From contig NMRA01000263.1 of assembly GCA_002633005.1 (NCBI GenBank), positions 357,967-421,966 on the forward strand: a DNA stretch of 64,000 bases. Reading direction: 5' to 3'. Shown one piece after another: positions 1 through 28,400 of the stretch. The notes under the pieces are model-generated. The model had not been told where the DNA came from. It worked only from the letters and a program-made list of their open reading frames with translations, and did no database searches. Origin of the DNA: Phoronis australis (taxonomy: Eukaryota; Animalia; Phoronida). The stretch's first letter is position 1. Every line of letters begins with the position of its first letter. The position numbers and the translations under genes were made by a program.

Positions 1-335
1 AACTGATAAGACCAACACTTGTGTATCAAATGATACGACCAAAACTTGTGATAAAGAAGTCTGGCATAATCTCAAGGCAATTTTCCCTGACACAGAAGGG
101 CTCACTTAAAGGTGGTGATTAACAGTACAAAACTCTGGAATAGTCATTTGTAAACAAAATGTACTGGTCATCACAGTGTTGGCAAATATTTTCCATTTAA
201 ACATTTTTCATTCTGAGATACCATTGATAAAAGGCACTGCAACACAATGCGATTAAAAAAACAAGTACTCGATCTGATCTGCATACTGTCAGGTTAAATT
301 AATCTTCATTAGCATACAATGCTTGATGTACAAAC

Positions 336-16189
<15,854 letters not shown>

Positions 16190-16489
16190 TTCACTGTCCA
16201 CCGAAGTCATATTTGTCCTTCGATTTCAGCTAAAATGACAAGGAAATCTGACTGAACCCGATCAATCTTTCTTGGGGAAGTTTATGACGTCACCTTCCCT
16301 TGAAGTCGAGAACACGAGATTTTTTATTAAACTTTCATTTGTATTTAAATGATAACCAATTATCATAAATATACTTAAAATTACACGATATACAAAGAAA
16401 AAAGTCATAAATTTATAACTGCGACCAAAAGATAACAAAAATATTTTATTTCGTGACTGAAGATGCACGAACATCCGGGAGTTTTCAAG
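16190..16489. promoter_or_regulatory. Bidirectional promoter region shared by beta-TrCP and RPP30
   Basis: 300 bp between divergent ATGs; perfect CRE palindrome TGACGTCA at 16285-16292, CCAAT at 16356-16360, AT-rich core. Confidence 0.7.
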
Positions 16490-19400
16490 ATGTCGGAACC
16501 CATGGATCTGAATGTTTTAGGAGATTCTACAGATCTAAACAAAATAAAAGATATTTTAAAGTGCTGCTCTAGACGTAAGTGAGAAATTTAGAGAACTAAT
16601 TTCTCGTTTAAAATGAGATTCTTTTCTGAGATGAAACAGAAAGGAAGTAGAGGAGCACAGTACTTGCTTAATTTAAAGTTTATTTAAACTTTGAAGTAAA
16701 AAAATACATAATTTATAAGCGTGACCATTCAGCTAATAATAGGCAATTGCCAGTTAGCGAGTAGCTAGTAACAGAGGCTCATATGATTCACCGGAAGCAC
16801 ATCTACAGCACGGGGTTGCTGGTTCGATTCCCAAGGTCGGGCTATTACGACAATTGGAATGATCAGCAAGTCATAGACCCTGGGGCCTGAGACAGCACGC
16901 TTGATGGGAGGGTACAGGCATAATCTAAGGTACATGTGCAGGCCTGATGTAAGGTGCATGTACAGGCATAATGTAAGGCGCATGTACAGATAGGGTGTAA
17001 GGTACGTGTATAGGCATAATTTAAGGTACGTGTACAAGCATAACGTAAGGTACACCTGGCTGGTGGCGCGCTTTTTGATATGAAAGGAGGGAATGTTGTG
17101 AAAGTGCTTCCGGTGAATCATATATGAGCCTCTGTTAGTCACTCGCTAATGGGCAATTGCCTATTAGCTGAATGGTTTGCACGCTCGCCGGTTAAATCGG
17201 GGTTGCTGGTTCGATTCAATCTCGGCTGTTCCGACAATGTCATTGTTTTGAGTTTCGGACTTGTAGATAGCCTCTCTTCAAAGCCAGGTTCCCTAACCAG
17301 TCGACCAATGAGCAATTGCCCATAGGCGAGTGATTGAGAGTGGCTCTTATATTACTACACTCACTGCAGGTTCACCTCAATTTGTTTTGTTGAAAGTATT
17401 TCATGGTTCTCGATCAACACTGATTAAGTGATTATTTGAAAATTATCAAAAATGTATACAAGTCCCAAAACATATAGTAAAGACCTGCACCTGTATAATG
17501 CTGTTTAATGTACTTTGTGCACACATTTATGTGTCATAGCAAAGTGTCACGTCCGTTACCATCACGTCCCTTACTATATTAAATCTTTTAAAAAGCCATA
17601 TTTTACCAATTTGAACTTCTTGTGAAATCTACACTTCGAAATTCATAGTAAAAGTGAAGTTTTCAAAAATATATATTTCAATGCAAGCGTGTTGTAGGGA
17701 GAGCAGACTTTTAAGTAAATGTTCAAGTTTTAAAAATCACCATTTTGTTCACATCCATTAACAAATATTAGATGATTGCCATTTCTAATTAGATTGATAA
17801 TTTAATCTTTCACTTGTATATTATAAAACCATTTTCATGGAGCTATATGCTGATGTTAAAATCATTTTCTTATACCAATTAACTTGTTTGTAAAAGATTA
17901 AAAAGTTAAAATGCCACTTCCGTTACAAAAAATACTGTGAAATGCACCTTTGTCAGCTCTTGAGAAATATAGAATTTGTTTTACTCTGTCTGATGTTTTT
18001 AGATATTAGATTTTTATTCATTTAATTTGTCACCTTCGCAAGCTCTTCAGTTGACATCGCCAATGTAAATCCTGACATATATTGGTGATTTTCCTTGATG
18101 TACAGGGGTAAGAAACTAATTTATCAGCATTTGTCATTTTTCCGCATGGTTCTGGAGAGTAATATGTTTTCTTGAGCTTTGTCTGATGAGTGTTGTGTCT
18201 TGCGTGTAACTCATTAACGATCTGTATGAAATCATATCAAAAAATCCAAGCTTTATGTTTCTGGGAACGATTTACTACAAGTGCACAATACACTACCTAC
18301 CCATGTGAAGTGAAAGAAATTTGACAATATATGTCAATATTGAATTTTATGATGAAAGGGCTGACGTCTGTGAAATTGTCTGTAAAAATACTTAGTTTAT
18401 ATACTTGAAATCTGAACAGATATATTGCTAAGTGGCACCATAGTAACGCAGTGCTAGTGTCTTTACAGCTTATGGATGCATGGTGAAAGTCAATGTGGTT
18501 TGATTTAGCCTCCAATACAGTGCTGCCATCTTTGAAAACTATTGCTTTGGTTGATGTTTGGGGGCGAGGCCCAATGTTTTTGTCTTTCCGACAATGAGTT
18601 AGTGTTTTTAATTACAAAGGAAATGCAGGTCACTATTTGCATCTCTGCTGTTAATGCTAAGTTTGAGACTTTGACTTGATTTAAGTATTGCTATGTGGAA
18701 CTAAGTGCTACTGCTATATTCAACTTGCTTTCTAACTATCCCTTCAATTTGTCAATCCAGGTTCATGCTTTGGACTTGTTCCTAATGATTGTTTTTCAGT
18801 GGGGTTCGGTCATGTGGCTTTGAGTACCAGTTACACTCTAACTGCACAACCCAAGAAGAGTAAAAACAAAAATGTATGTATTGTACTGATCTATGTATAA
18901 TAAATAATAATAAGTTTTAGCTGTTGTAGGATTTGTATGTTGTTACATTCCTATTATTAGTTTGAATAGTGAACATGACTCATCCCAGCTACAACCTCTG
19001 ACATGAGGAATTTTCTTTTGAATTAAAATGAGAATATCTGTTTCTAGAATATGATTTTGCAATATTTTGATGACCAATTATATTGACCTGTGTAATTAAG
19101 AAATTACATTTTCAGATAAATCAGACTTTAAAATAAAATTTTCTGGTGCTCACATTACTATTACTGTTCAAGCACTTGTTGAATTAAACTCCTGCTGTTT
19201 TGTTGGCCTTGACCTTTTACAATATTCATGACCTCTGTCAAGTAAGACATCTTAGCCTGTGTCTGTCAGTCAGTCGGAATAAGTTTGAAATACCCATCAA
19301 AGGACCAGTTGATTAGATTGAATGATACAACTGTTTAACACGTTTTTACTGCACAATAAGACCGACACATGAAAATTCATTTTGTAACATTTCTCAACAA

Positions 19401-22400
19401 AAATGAGCATTCAGATAGTTTTGTTTCATTTGAATAGTTCACACTGTACAGGTGCGATAAAACAATATTTGGTATATTTCCATCATCCATAACATTTCAG
19501 CCAGCCTTTTGAAAAATTGAAAAGTGACCATTTTGGCCTATATTTTTGCGTGAAATAACTTTTGAAGAATTATTGTAACCAGTTTTCCTCCTTCCTGAAC
19601 CACACGCGTTCTCAGTTGCATCACTTTTTCTTGTTACCCTTGTTTCCTTTTTCATGCACCGCAACTCCTTAGACACATTTCTTTGCTCATGAACTGCAGT
19701 TCAGAAATTTCAGAGACAAACATTGTGAGTAACTGTTGCAGAGGTCCTGCATTTTGAGAATTAGTTTTCTTCACTGAATAGCAGACATTAAAGTGGTTCA
19801 GAAACTCTGGAATCCCTGTAAGCGACACTTGCCTAACTATGACTGAACTTAAAGCCATGTATGAAGAATTGAATTGTTTCAATAGCTTGAGATTGAGAAA
19901 AAGCTGCAATGCCTGGTGGATGTCATTGTCATCCAGTTGGTTTATAATGTAAATTAATTTTTGATTTTTAATTCCAGTCGTCACCTGTGCCGTGTCCACT
20001 TGATTTAGATGCTATAAGTGATAAAAAGTTGGTAAGTCTGTGTAGTTAGAATTCCTTGGGCTCGTGCAAGGTGGATTTATTGCGTTGGCCTAATTTTATG
20101 TCAGAGAGGACAGTGTTGTGTAGACTTGTTGGCCTTAATTGGATTGCATGTATTGGAAGAATGTGATTCACATACCATTGATGTAAGTATTTAAAGCAAA
20201 CAAAGTCAAACAGGGTTTTACATGCATACTTTTAAACCACTGACTGCTAATGAAGATCAGAAATATTATTACAAGATCTGGTCCTGTTGCCACCCATTGT
20301 TTACTCTGTCCATCAAACATCTCCTGTCCTCCCACTATCCGGTAGTCTGTTTCCACGAAATAGTTCACTTGGCAGAGTTCAGGTCATGCAAAACCAGTGA
20401 ACACAATTGTAGCAATTAAACCATGACGACATAGATTAACGTACAGTACAAGCCAAAAGTATTCAGACAAAGTTGGTAGGCATTCCTCATCATGATGGAT
20501 GGGAGGAAGACTAATTCATTGTTTGAGTAGTCTTCTCTCATGACCGAGAATGAAGTTGGTAAGGTGGGTACTAGTAAGCCATTGTTACGATTGTATAATT
20601 AGAATTTTGCTAATTGATTTTTGCTGTTAACAGAATTTGATGTGATGGGAAAAGGGTATTTTGTGTGATTACTTTTGTCTTGTGTAGTACATCAGAGGTA
20701 GTTTACCATGTTCGCTACCGACTCATGAATGTGTCCGTGCAAATTAACAAAATGGTAACAGACACTTCCAATAGCAGTGGCAGATCTACATTTTCAGTAA
20801 GGGGAGTTTAGAATTCGCGTGAATCCGAGGCGCGTAGCATTGAGTGGGGGAGGTTGGGAGGGGGAAACCCCCTTCCGTGTAATATTTTTTTAGTTTTGTA
20901 GCTGATTTCGTTTTCCTGGCGGTGTTTTTTAATTTTTATTTTTGACCCTGTCCCAAAGGGGGCTTAAACCCCCTGAAGCCCCCATAGATCTGTCTCTGAA
21001 CAGAGCCAGAATGATCTCATTGGTCACGTCATTAGCCCTATCACATCGATGTCAAGGGCTTGTTCTCAAAGGTGTGGTGTTGCCAACTCCACCAGATGGT
21101 GTATTGAGTCGAAACGCCATACAAATCGGTTGTAATTACAGAAAACGTCAAGTATCCGAATGTCAAATGTGACAATCCGGCCTCTGGAATGTGTTGTATA
21201 TCGTGTGTGTCTTCTATCCATACAATCATAGCAGTCTCTTGTCTTTCCTGCCTGTTCAATTTCATTGTGTCGTTTGTCATCAGAAGAATGAGGTTTGACT
21301 AAAATTTGGTTCCTAATATTTGTCTTGTGTATTTTAGATTCAAGGACTAAAGTGTCACTCAAGGATAACTGTGAATTTGGCAGACCCCGCCCATCTCAAC
21401 ATTCTGGTGAATACAGTTTCTGCGTTTGACCAGTTTACTCAACATATCAGTCCTAGCACAGTAAATGAAGCAAAGCTGTTTGTAAAATGTAAAATTGTCT
21501 GAGAGTAATGGTGGCTCTGACTTAGAAGCGAATGCAGTGAGTTAAGCCTCAATTCCAACTCTGATTGATACAGAAAACAACATTTATTTATTTTCCTTAA
21601 AATATTACAGATGTGGTGAGTGTGGCCTCTCATTTCTTTTAATTCTTAACTGTTGTCTGACATTTTGATTTCGAATTTTAATTGATTTTCACCATGGATA
21701 CTTTCAACCTAATTATAATCTATATTTAGCATCTACGTATCATGACATGACATTGTTAGGGTTTACTTGATTGGCTGTCTTTCTTGTAGCGGAATGATGA
21801 TATCCAGCGTTACGACATTGTGGCTGTGGCACCGGCCTCTGAAAAGTTGTTCCAAGTAAGTTTGAAATTCAATCAAAATGTGACCATCCATCTTGCATTA
21901 ATTTGGAACTCTGACAAAAGGTGGCAGTACTTGGTTTCCTTGTTTGCAGGCTTGCACGATCATGTCCTAACTCTGATGGATTAATAGCCAAGGATAACTA
22001 ACCAAGAATTGTGCACAAGACTATAATTTTGTCTTCTATGAGAGATTTCTACTTCAAGTCATTTGTACTTTAGTCGAGATGCACTAGTCAATTCTTGGTG
22101 AAACATGTTTTATGTAAATTGCAAAATATTCATTAATTTTTTTGTAAACTGGTATCAGATTTTGAGTTTGAACTTGAGGTAGCTTATAAATTTAGCGACA
22201 TATAGTTTTTCTTATACTTGTTTACATTAATACTAGTTTAAGAATTAAAATATTACATTTTTTATTATCGAAATCATGGAATTATAAATCTCAAATTTCC
22301 AGCGATTTTCAGTGATGTAAGTGGTCATCCAAAGATGGTGCCACTTCACGGTACTACCTCTTGGTTTTTGTTATATTTGACGAAGCTGAAAATTTTTTTT

Positions 22401-25400
22401 TGAGAACTACTGTAGTTCTATTCAAGTGTTTGTTAGTTTACGTTTCTTGTTAACTTTCCGCACACCGTTAAATTTCTTGGGAGATGGTTATTTACTGCCC
22501 GTGTAATGTTTCCACAATTTCCTGTCATTTCCACCAGATGGCGTGTAGTAATCTGGAGGTGGATCTTATCACATTCGATATGACAGCAAAGTTACCATTT
22601 AAGATCAAGAGGCAGTCTGTTAATGAGGTGAGATTATGTTAATGAGGTGATATTATGAGCTGAAGGAAAGCAATTGTCCATTGACACACTTGTAAATAGA
22701 TATTTTACTTGCTCATTATCTTAATTTTGTCCATGTAAATAGGTCTGGTGACTCAAAAAAGGAAACAAAAAATCAGGTGCTTGTTGGAGATTATTTCATC
22801 TCTGTTAATTTTACGTTTGATAGTTAAAATGGTTTCAGATAAGACTTATGCGCACAATTATGGGTACATATTATTTGTGTTAATAACTCACAGTTATGCT
22901 GTTATTGTAAAGGAGTGTCAGGTGATTGTGTTTGTCTGTTATGGCCATGTCAAGTTGCTCTGGATTTTTGGACCTCTCTTAAATGATGGATCCAAAGTAA
23001 AGCCAAATTTGCTTTACTTTATATTCAAACACTGTTGGTGTACCATTTGGAGAAAGAAAAAATGATCTTTCACTGTGTTTGGCTGAGTATCATTTGCACT
23101 GCTGAAGAATCTTGAATGTGCAGCTATGTATGGAATTCTTCAAAAATGAATATTCAATTAATTTACCATTTAAAAAACTAATTTTCTCAAAAATACAATG
23201 TAAACAGGCTATATAAATAGAGCAACTCCTGTGGACACACTGTTCAACGAACATTCAATGTTGATTTGTTTGGCCTAATTTTGAATGAGAAGTGCTACTG
23301 AAAATGAAATACTGATTTTGTGGTAATTAAAATGAAGTAGTTCAGCATTCTCAAGTATTACTTGATTTATAAATGAGAGTCAAAATGACTGTACTTGAAT
23401 TGCTGCTTATGACTAATGACAAATTTGAGTTTCATAAACCATAATGGTTTATGAAACTCAAATTTGTCAATAGTCATAAGATCTTTCATATTGTTAGTTT
23501 CCATGTCAAAGGTCAAGGTAACAAGAAGGAAGCGGTTTGGAAGAAAATTAAATTATTTAGTTATTTATGACTTAAAGTTATTGTTCATCAATAATTCCAA
23601 CCAAGGAAAAACCACCACTATAGTCTGTACATTACTGCAATCATAATTGTCTGTAATTACTTTGTGTAATGTTCTGTTGACACAATGTGTTTGTGTTCTG
23701 GTAAACACTGCCTTGTTTTGTTTATAAGGCGTTGAGGAGAGGTGTATTCTTTGAAATCAACTACTCACCTGCTTTGAAAGACAGCACGTCGAGACGATAT
23801 ACAATTGGAAATGCCTTCAGGTTAATGAGTGTCACGAAAGGGAAGGTGAGCTTCAGGGCTTTGTGGTACATGTGNNNNNNNNNNNNNNNNNNNNNNNNNN
23901 NNNNNNNNNNNNNNNNNNNNNNNNNNNNNNNNNNNNNNNNNNNNNNNNNNNNNNNNNNNNNNNNNNNNNNNNNNNNNNNNNNNNNNNNNNNNNNNNNNNN
24001 NNNNNNNNNNNNNNNNNNNNNNNNNNNNNNNNNNNNNNNNNNNNNNNNNNNNNNNNNNNNNNNNNNNNNNNNNNNNNNNNNNNNNNNNNNNNNNNNNNNN
24101 NNNNNNNNNNNNNNNNNNNNNNNNNNNNNNNNNNNNNNNNNNNNNNNNNNNNNNNNNNNNNNNNNNNNNNNNNNNNNNNNNNNNNNNNNNNNNNNNNNNN
24201 NNNNNNNNNNNNNNNNNNNNNNNNNNNNNNNNNNNNNNNNNNNNNNNNNNNNNNNNNNNNNNNNNNNNNNNNNNNNNNNNNNNNNNNNNNNNNNNNNNNN
24301 NNNNNNNNNNNNNNNNNNNNNNNNNNNNNNNNNNNNNNNNNNNNNNNNNNNNNNNNNNNNNNNNNNNNNNNNNNNNNNNNNNNNNNNNNNNNNNNNNNNN
24401 NNNNNNNNNNNNNNNNNNNNNNNNNNNNNNNNNNNNNNNNNNNNNNNNNNNNNNNNNNNNNNNNNNNNNNNNNNNNNNNNNNNNNNNNNNNNNNNNNNNN
24501 NNNNNNNNNNNNNNNNNNNNNNNNNNNNNNNNNNNNNNNNNNNNNNNNNNNNNNNNNNNNNNNNNNNNNNNNNNNNNNNNNNNNNNNNNNNNNNNNNNNT
24601 TTGTTTCATTTAAATAGTTCACACTGTACAGGTGCGATAAAACAATATTTGGTATACTTCCATCATCCATTTCAGCCAGCCTTTTGAAAAATTGAAAAGT
24701 GACCATTTTGGCCAATATTTTTGCGTGAAATAACTTTTGAAGAATTATTGTAACCAGTTTTCCTCCTTCCTGAACCACACGCGTTCTCAGTTGCATCACT
24801 TTTTCTTGTTTCCCTTGTTTCCTTTTTCATGCACCGCAACTCCTTAAACACATTTCTTTGCTTTATGAACTGCAGTTCAGAAATTTCATAGACAAACATT
24901 GTGAGTAACTGTTGCAGAGATCCTGCATTTTGAGAATTAGTTTTCTTCACTGAATAACGGACATTAAAGTGGTTCTGAAACTCTGGAATACCTGTAAGCG
25001 ACACTTGCCTAACTATGACTGAACTTAGAGCCATGTATGAAGAATTGAATTGTTTCAATAGCTTGAGATTGAGGAAAAGCTGCAATGCCTGGTGGATGTC
25101 ATTGTCATCCAGTTGGTTTATAATGTAAATTAATTTTTGATTTTTAATTCCAGTCGTCGCCTGTGCCGTGTCCACTTGATTTAGATGCTATAAGTGATAA
25201 AAAGTTGGTAAGTCTGTGTAGTTAGAATTCCTTGGGCTCGTGCAAGGTGGATTTATTGCGTTGGCATAATTTTATGTCAGAGAGGACAGTGTTGTGTAGA
25301 CTCGTTGGCCTTACGTAATTGGATTGCATGTATTGGAAGAATGTGATTCACGTAGCATTGATGTAAGTATTTAAAGCAGACAAAGTCAAACAGGGTTTTA

Positions 25401-28400
25401 CATGCATACTTTTAAACCACTGACAGCTAATGAAGATCAGAAATATTATTACAAGAGCTGGTCCTGTTGCCACCCATTGTTTACTCCATCCATCAAACAT
25501 CTCCTGTCCTCCCACTACCCGGTAGTCTGTTTCCACGGAATAGTTCACTTCGCAGAGTTCAGGTCATGCAAAGCCAGTGAACACAATTGTAGCAATTACA
25601 ACCATGACGACATAGATTAATGTACAGTACAAGCCAAATGTATTCAGACAAAGTTGGTTGGCATTCCTCGTCATGATGGATGGGAGGAAGACTAATTCAT
25701 TGTTTGAGTAGTCTTCTCTCATGACCGAGAATGAAGTTAGTAAGGTGGGTACTAGTAAGCCATTGTTACGATTGTCTAATTAGAATTTTGCTAATTGATT
25801 TTTGCTGTTAACAGAATTTGATGTGATGGGAAAAGGGTATTTTGTGTGATTACTTTTGTCTTGTGTAGTACATCAGAGGTAGTTCACCATGTTCGCTACG
25901 GACTCGTGAATGTGTCCGTGCAAATTAACAAAATGGTTACAGACACTTCCAATAGCAGTGGCAGATTTACATTTTCAGTAAGGGGAGTTTAGGATTCGCG
26001 TGAATCCGAGGCGTGTAGCATTGAGTGGTGGGAGGTTGGGAGGGGGAAACCCCCTTCCGTGTAATATTTTTTTAGTTTTGTAGCTGATTTCGTTTTCCTG
26101 GCGGTGTTTTTTTTAATTTTTATTTTTGACCCTGTCCCAAAGGGGGTTTAAACCCCCTGAAGCCCCCATAGATCTGCCTCTGAATAGAGCCAGAATGATC
26201 TCATTGGTCACATCATCAGCCCTATCACATCGATGTCAAGGGCTTGTTCTCAAAGGTGTGGTGTTGCCAACTCCACCAGATGGTGCATTGAGTCGAGACG
26301 CCATACAAATCAGTTGTAATTACAGAAAACATCAAGTATACAAATGTCAAATGTGACAATCCGGCCTCTGGAATGTGTTGTATATCGTGTGTGTCTTCTA
26401 TCTATACAATCATAGTAGTGACTCGGTTGCAGTCTCTTGTCTTTCCTGCCTGTTCAATTTCATTGTGTCGTTTGTCATCAGAAGAATGAGGTTTGAATAA
26501 AATTTGGTTCCTAATATTTGTCTTGTGTATTTTAGGTTCAAGGACTAAAGTGTCACTCAAGGATAACTGTGAATTTGGCAGACCCCGCCCATCTCAACAT
26601 TCTGGTGAATACAGTTTCTGCGTTTGACCAGTTTACTCAACATATTAGTCCTAGCACAGTAAATGAAGCAAAGCTGTTTGTAAAATGTAAAATTGTCTGA
26701 GAGTAATGGTGGCTCTGACTTAGAAGCAAATGCAGTGAGTTAAGTCTCAATTCCAACTCTGATTGATACAGAAAACAACATTTATTTATTTTCCTTAAAG
26801 TATTACAGATGTGGTGAGTGTGGTCTCTCATTTCTTTTAATTCTTAACTGTTGTCTGACATTTTGCTTTCGAATTTTAATTGGTTTTCCCCATGGATACT
26901 TTCAACATAATTATAATCTATATTTAGGATCTACGTATCATGACATGACATTGTTAGGGTTTACTTGATTGGCTGTTTTTGTTGTAGCGGAATGATGATA
27001 TCCAGCGTTACGACATTGTGGCTGCGGCACCGGCCTCTGAAAAGTTGTTCCAAGTAAGTTTGAAAGTCAATCAAAATGTGACCATCCATCTTGCATTAAT
27101 TTGGAACTCTGACAAAAGGTGGCAGTACTTGCAGGGCTTGGAATTTTCCGCGGAAACGCGGATTTCCGCTTTTTTCAAATGTTCTGTCCACGCATTTTAT
27201 TATATTTCTGTGTAAAAAAATCGGATTTGATATAAAATTTCTGCGGCAAATTCCTTTCTTACTGGGGCGTTGCAGACGACGTTCACCTCGAAAAGCGGAA
27301 GTTGCTCTTTATGTTTCGGAGGAACGTAAATTGTCAAGTTTGCCAGGGCATCTGGGATAGCGTGGTGGGATTTTCAATGGCGTCTCGTGTTATTGTAAAG
27401 CGCGGCGACAAATACTACGGCTCTGCAGCCAAAAATGTGTGGGTTGGGAGTGGACGGATGAGCTAAAAGGACGCAGACGCATGCTACTGATGGTCGTAAC
27501 GTTTTTTTTGTAGTCCTCCCGATTTTTGTCGGGGAAAGGTTCACATCGACCATTTCAAGGGTAGCACGCATAATTTGGGCCGTAAAAGTTTCCGCGTTTT
27601 TGCCATTGGTCATTCCAAGCCCAGTACTTGGTTTCCTTGTTTGCAGGCTTGCACGATCATGTCTTAACTCTGATTAATAGCCAAGGATAACTAACCAAGA
27701 ATTGTGCACAAGACTATAATTTTGACTTCTATGAGAGATTTCTACTTCAAATCATTCGTATCTAGTCGAGATGCACTAGTAAATTCTTGGTGAAACATGT
27801 TTATGTAAGTTGCAAAATATTCATTAATTTTTTTGTAAACTGGTATCAGATTTTGAGTTTGAACTTGAGGTACCTTATAAATTTAGCGACATATAGTTTG
27901 TCTTATCAGGGCTTGGAATTTTCCGCGGAAACGCGGGTTTCCGCTTTTTTCAAATGTGCTGTCCGCTTTTTTTATAATATTTCCGCGAAAAAATCGGATT
28001 TGATATAAAATTTCCGCGGCAAATTCCTTTCTTACCGCGGCGTTGCAGACGACGTTCACCTCGAAAAGCGGAAGTTGCTCTTTATGTTTCGGAGGAACGT
28101 AAATTGTCAACATTGCCGGGGCATCTGGGACAGCGTGGTGGGATTTTCAATGGTGTCTCGTGTTATTGTTAAGCGCGGCGACAAATACTACCGCTCTGCA
28201 GCCAAAAATGTGTGGGTTGGGAGTGGACGGGCGAGCTAAAAGGACGCAGACGCATGCTACTGATGGTGGTAACGTTTTTTTTTTGTCTGGGAAAGGTTCA
28301 CATTGACCATTTCAAGGCTGATTAGCGGGCATGATTTGGGCCGTAGAAGTTTCCGCGTTTTTTGTCATTGGTCATTCCAAGCCCTGTCTTATACTTGTTT

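Noticed and set aside
16765-17142. 125-aa ORF with LxLCLY repeats
   Set aside because: Product of the 24-bp minisatellite, antisense within an RPP30 intron.
17160-17230. tRNA gene
   Set aside because: A and B boxes are present, but I could not fold a convincing acceptor and anticodon stem; treated as a tRNA-derived repeat.
19652-19999. 115-aa minus-strand ORF (167 aa in the second copy)
   Set aside because: Antisense to RPP30, non-ATG start, and the frame differs between the two copies.
23732-24799. Long ORFs across N runs (also 29907-30445 and 41293-42003)
   Set aside because: Artefacts of assembly gaps.
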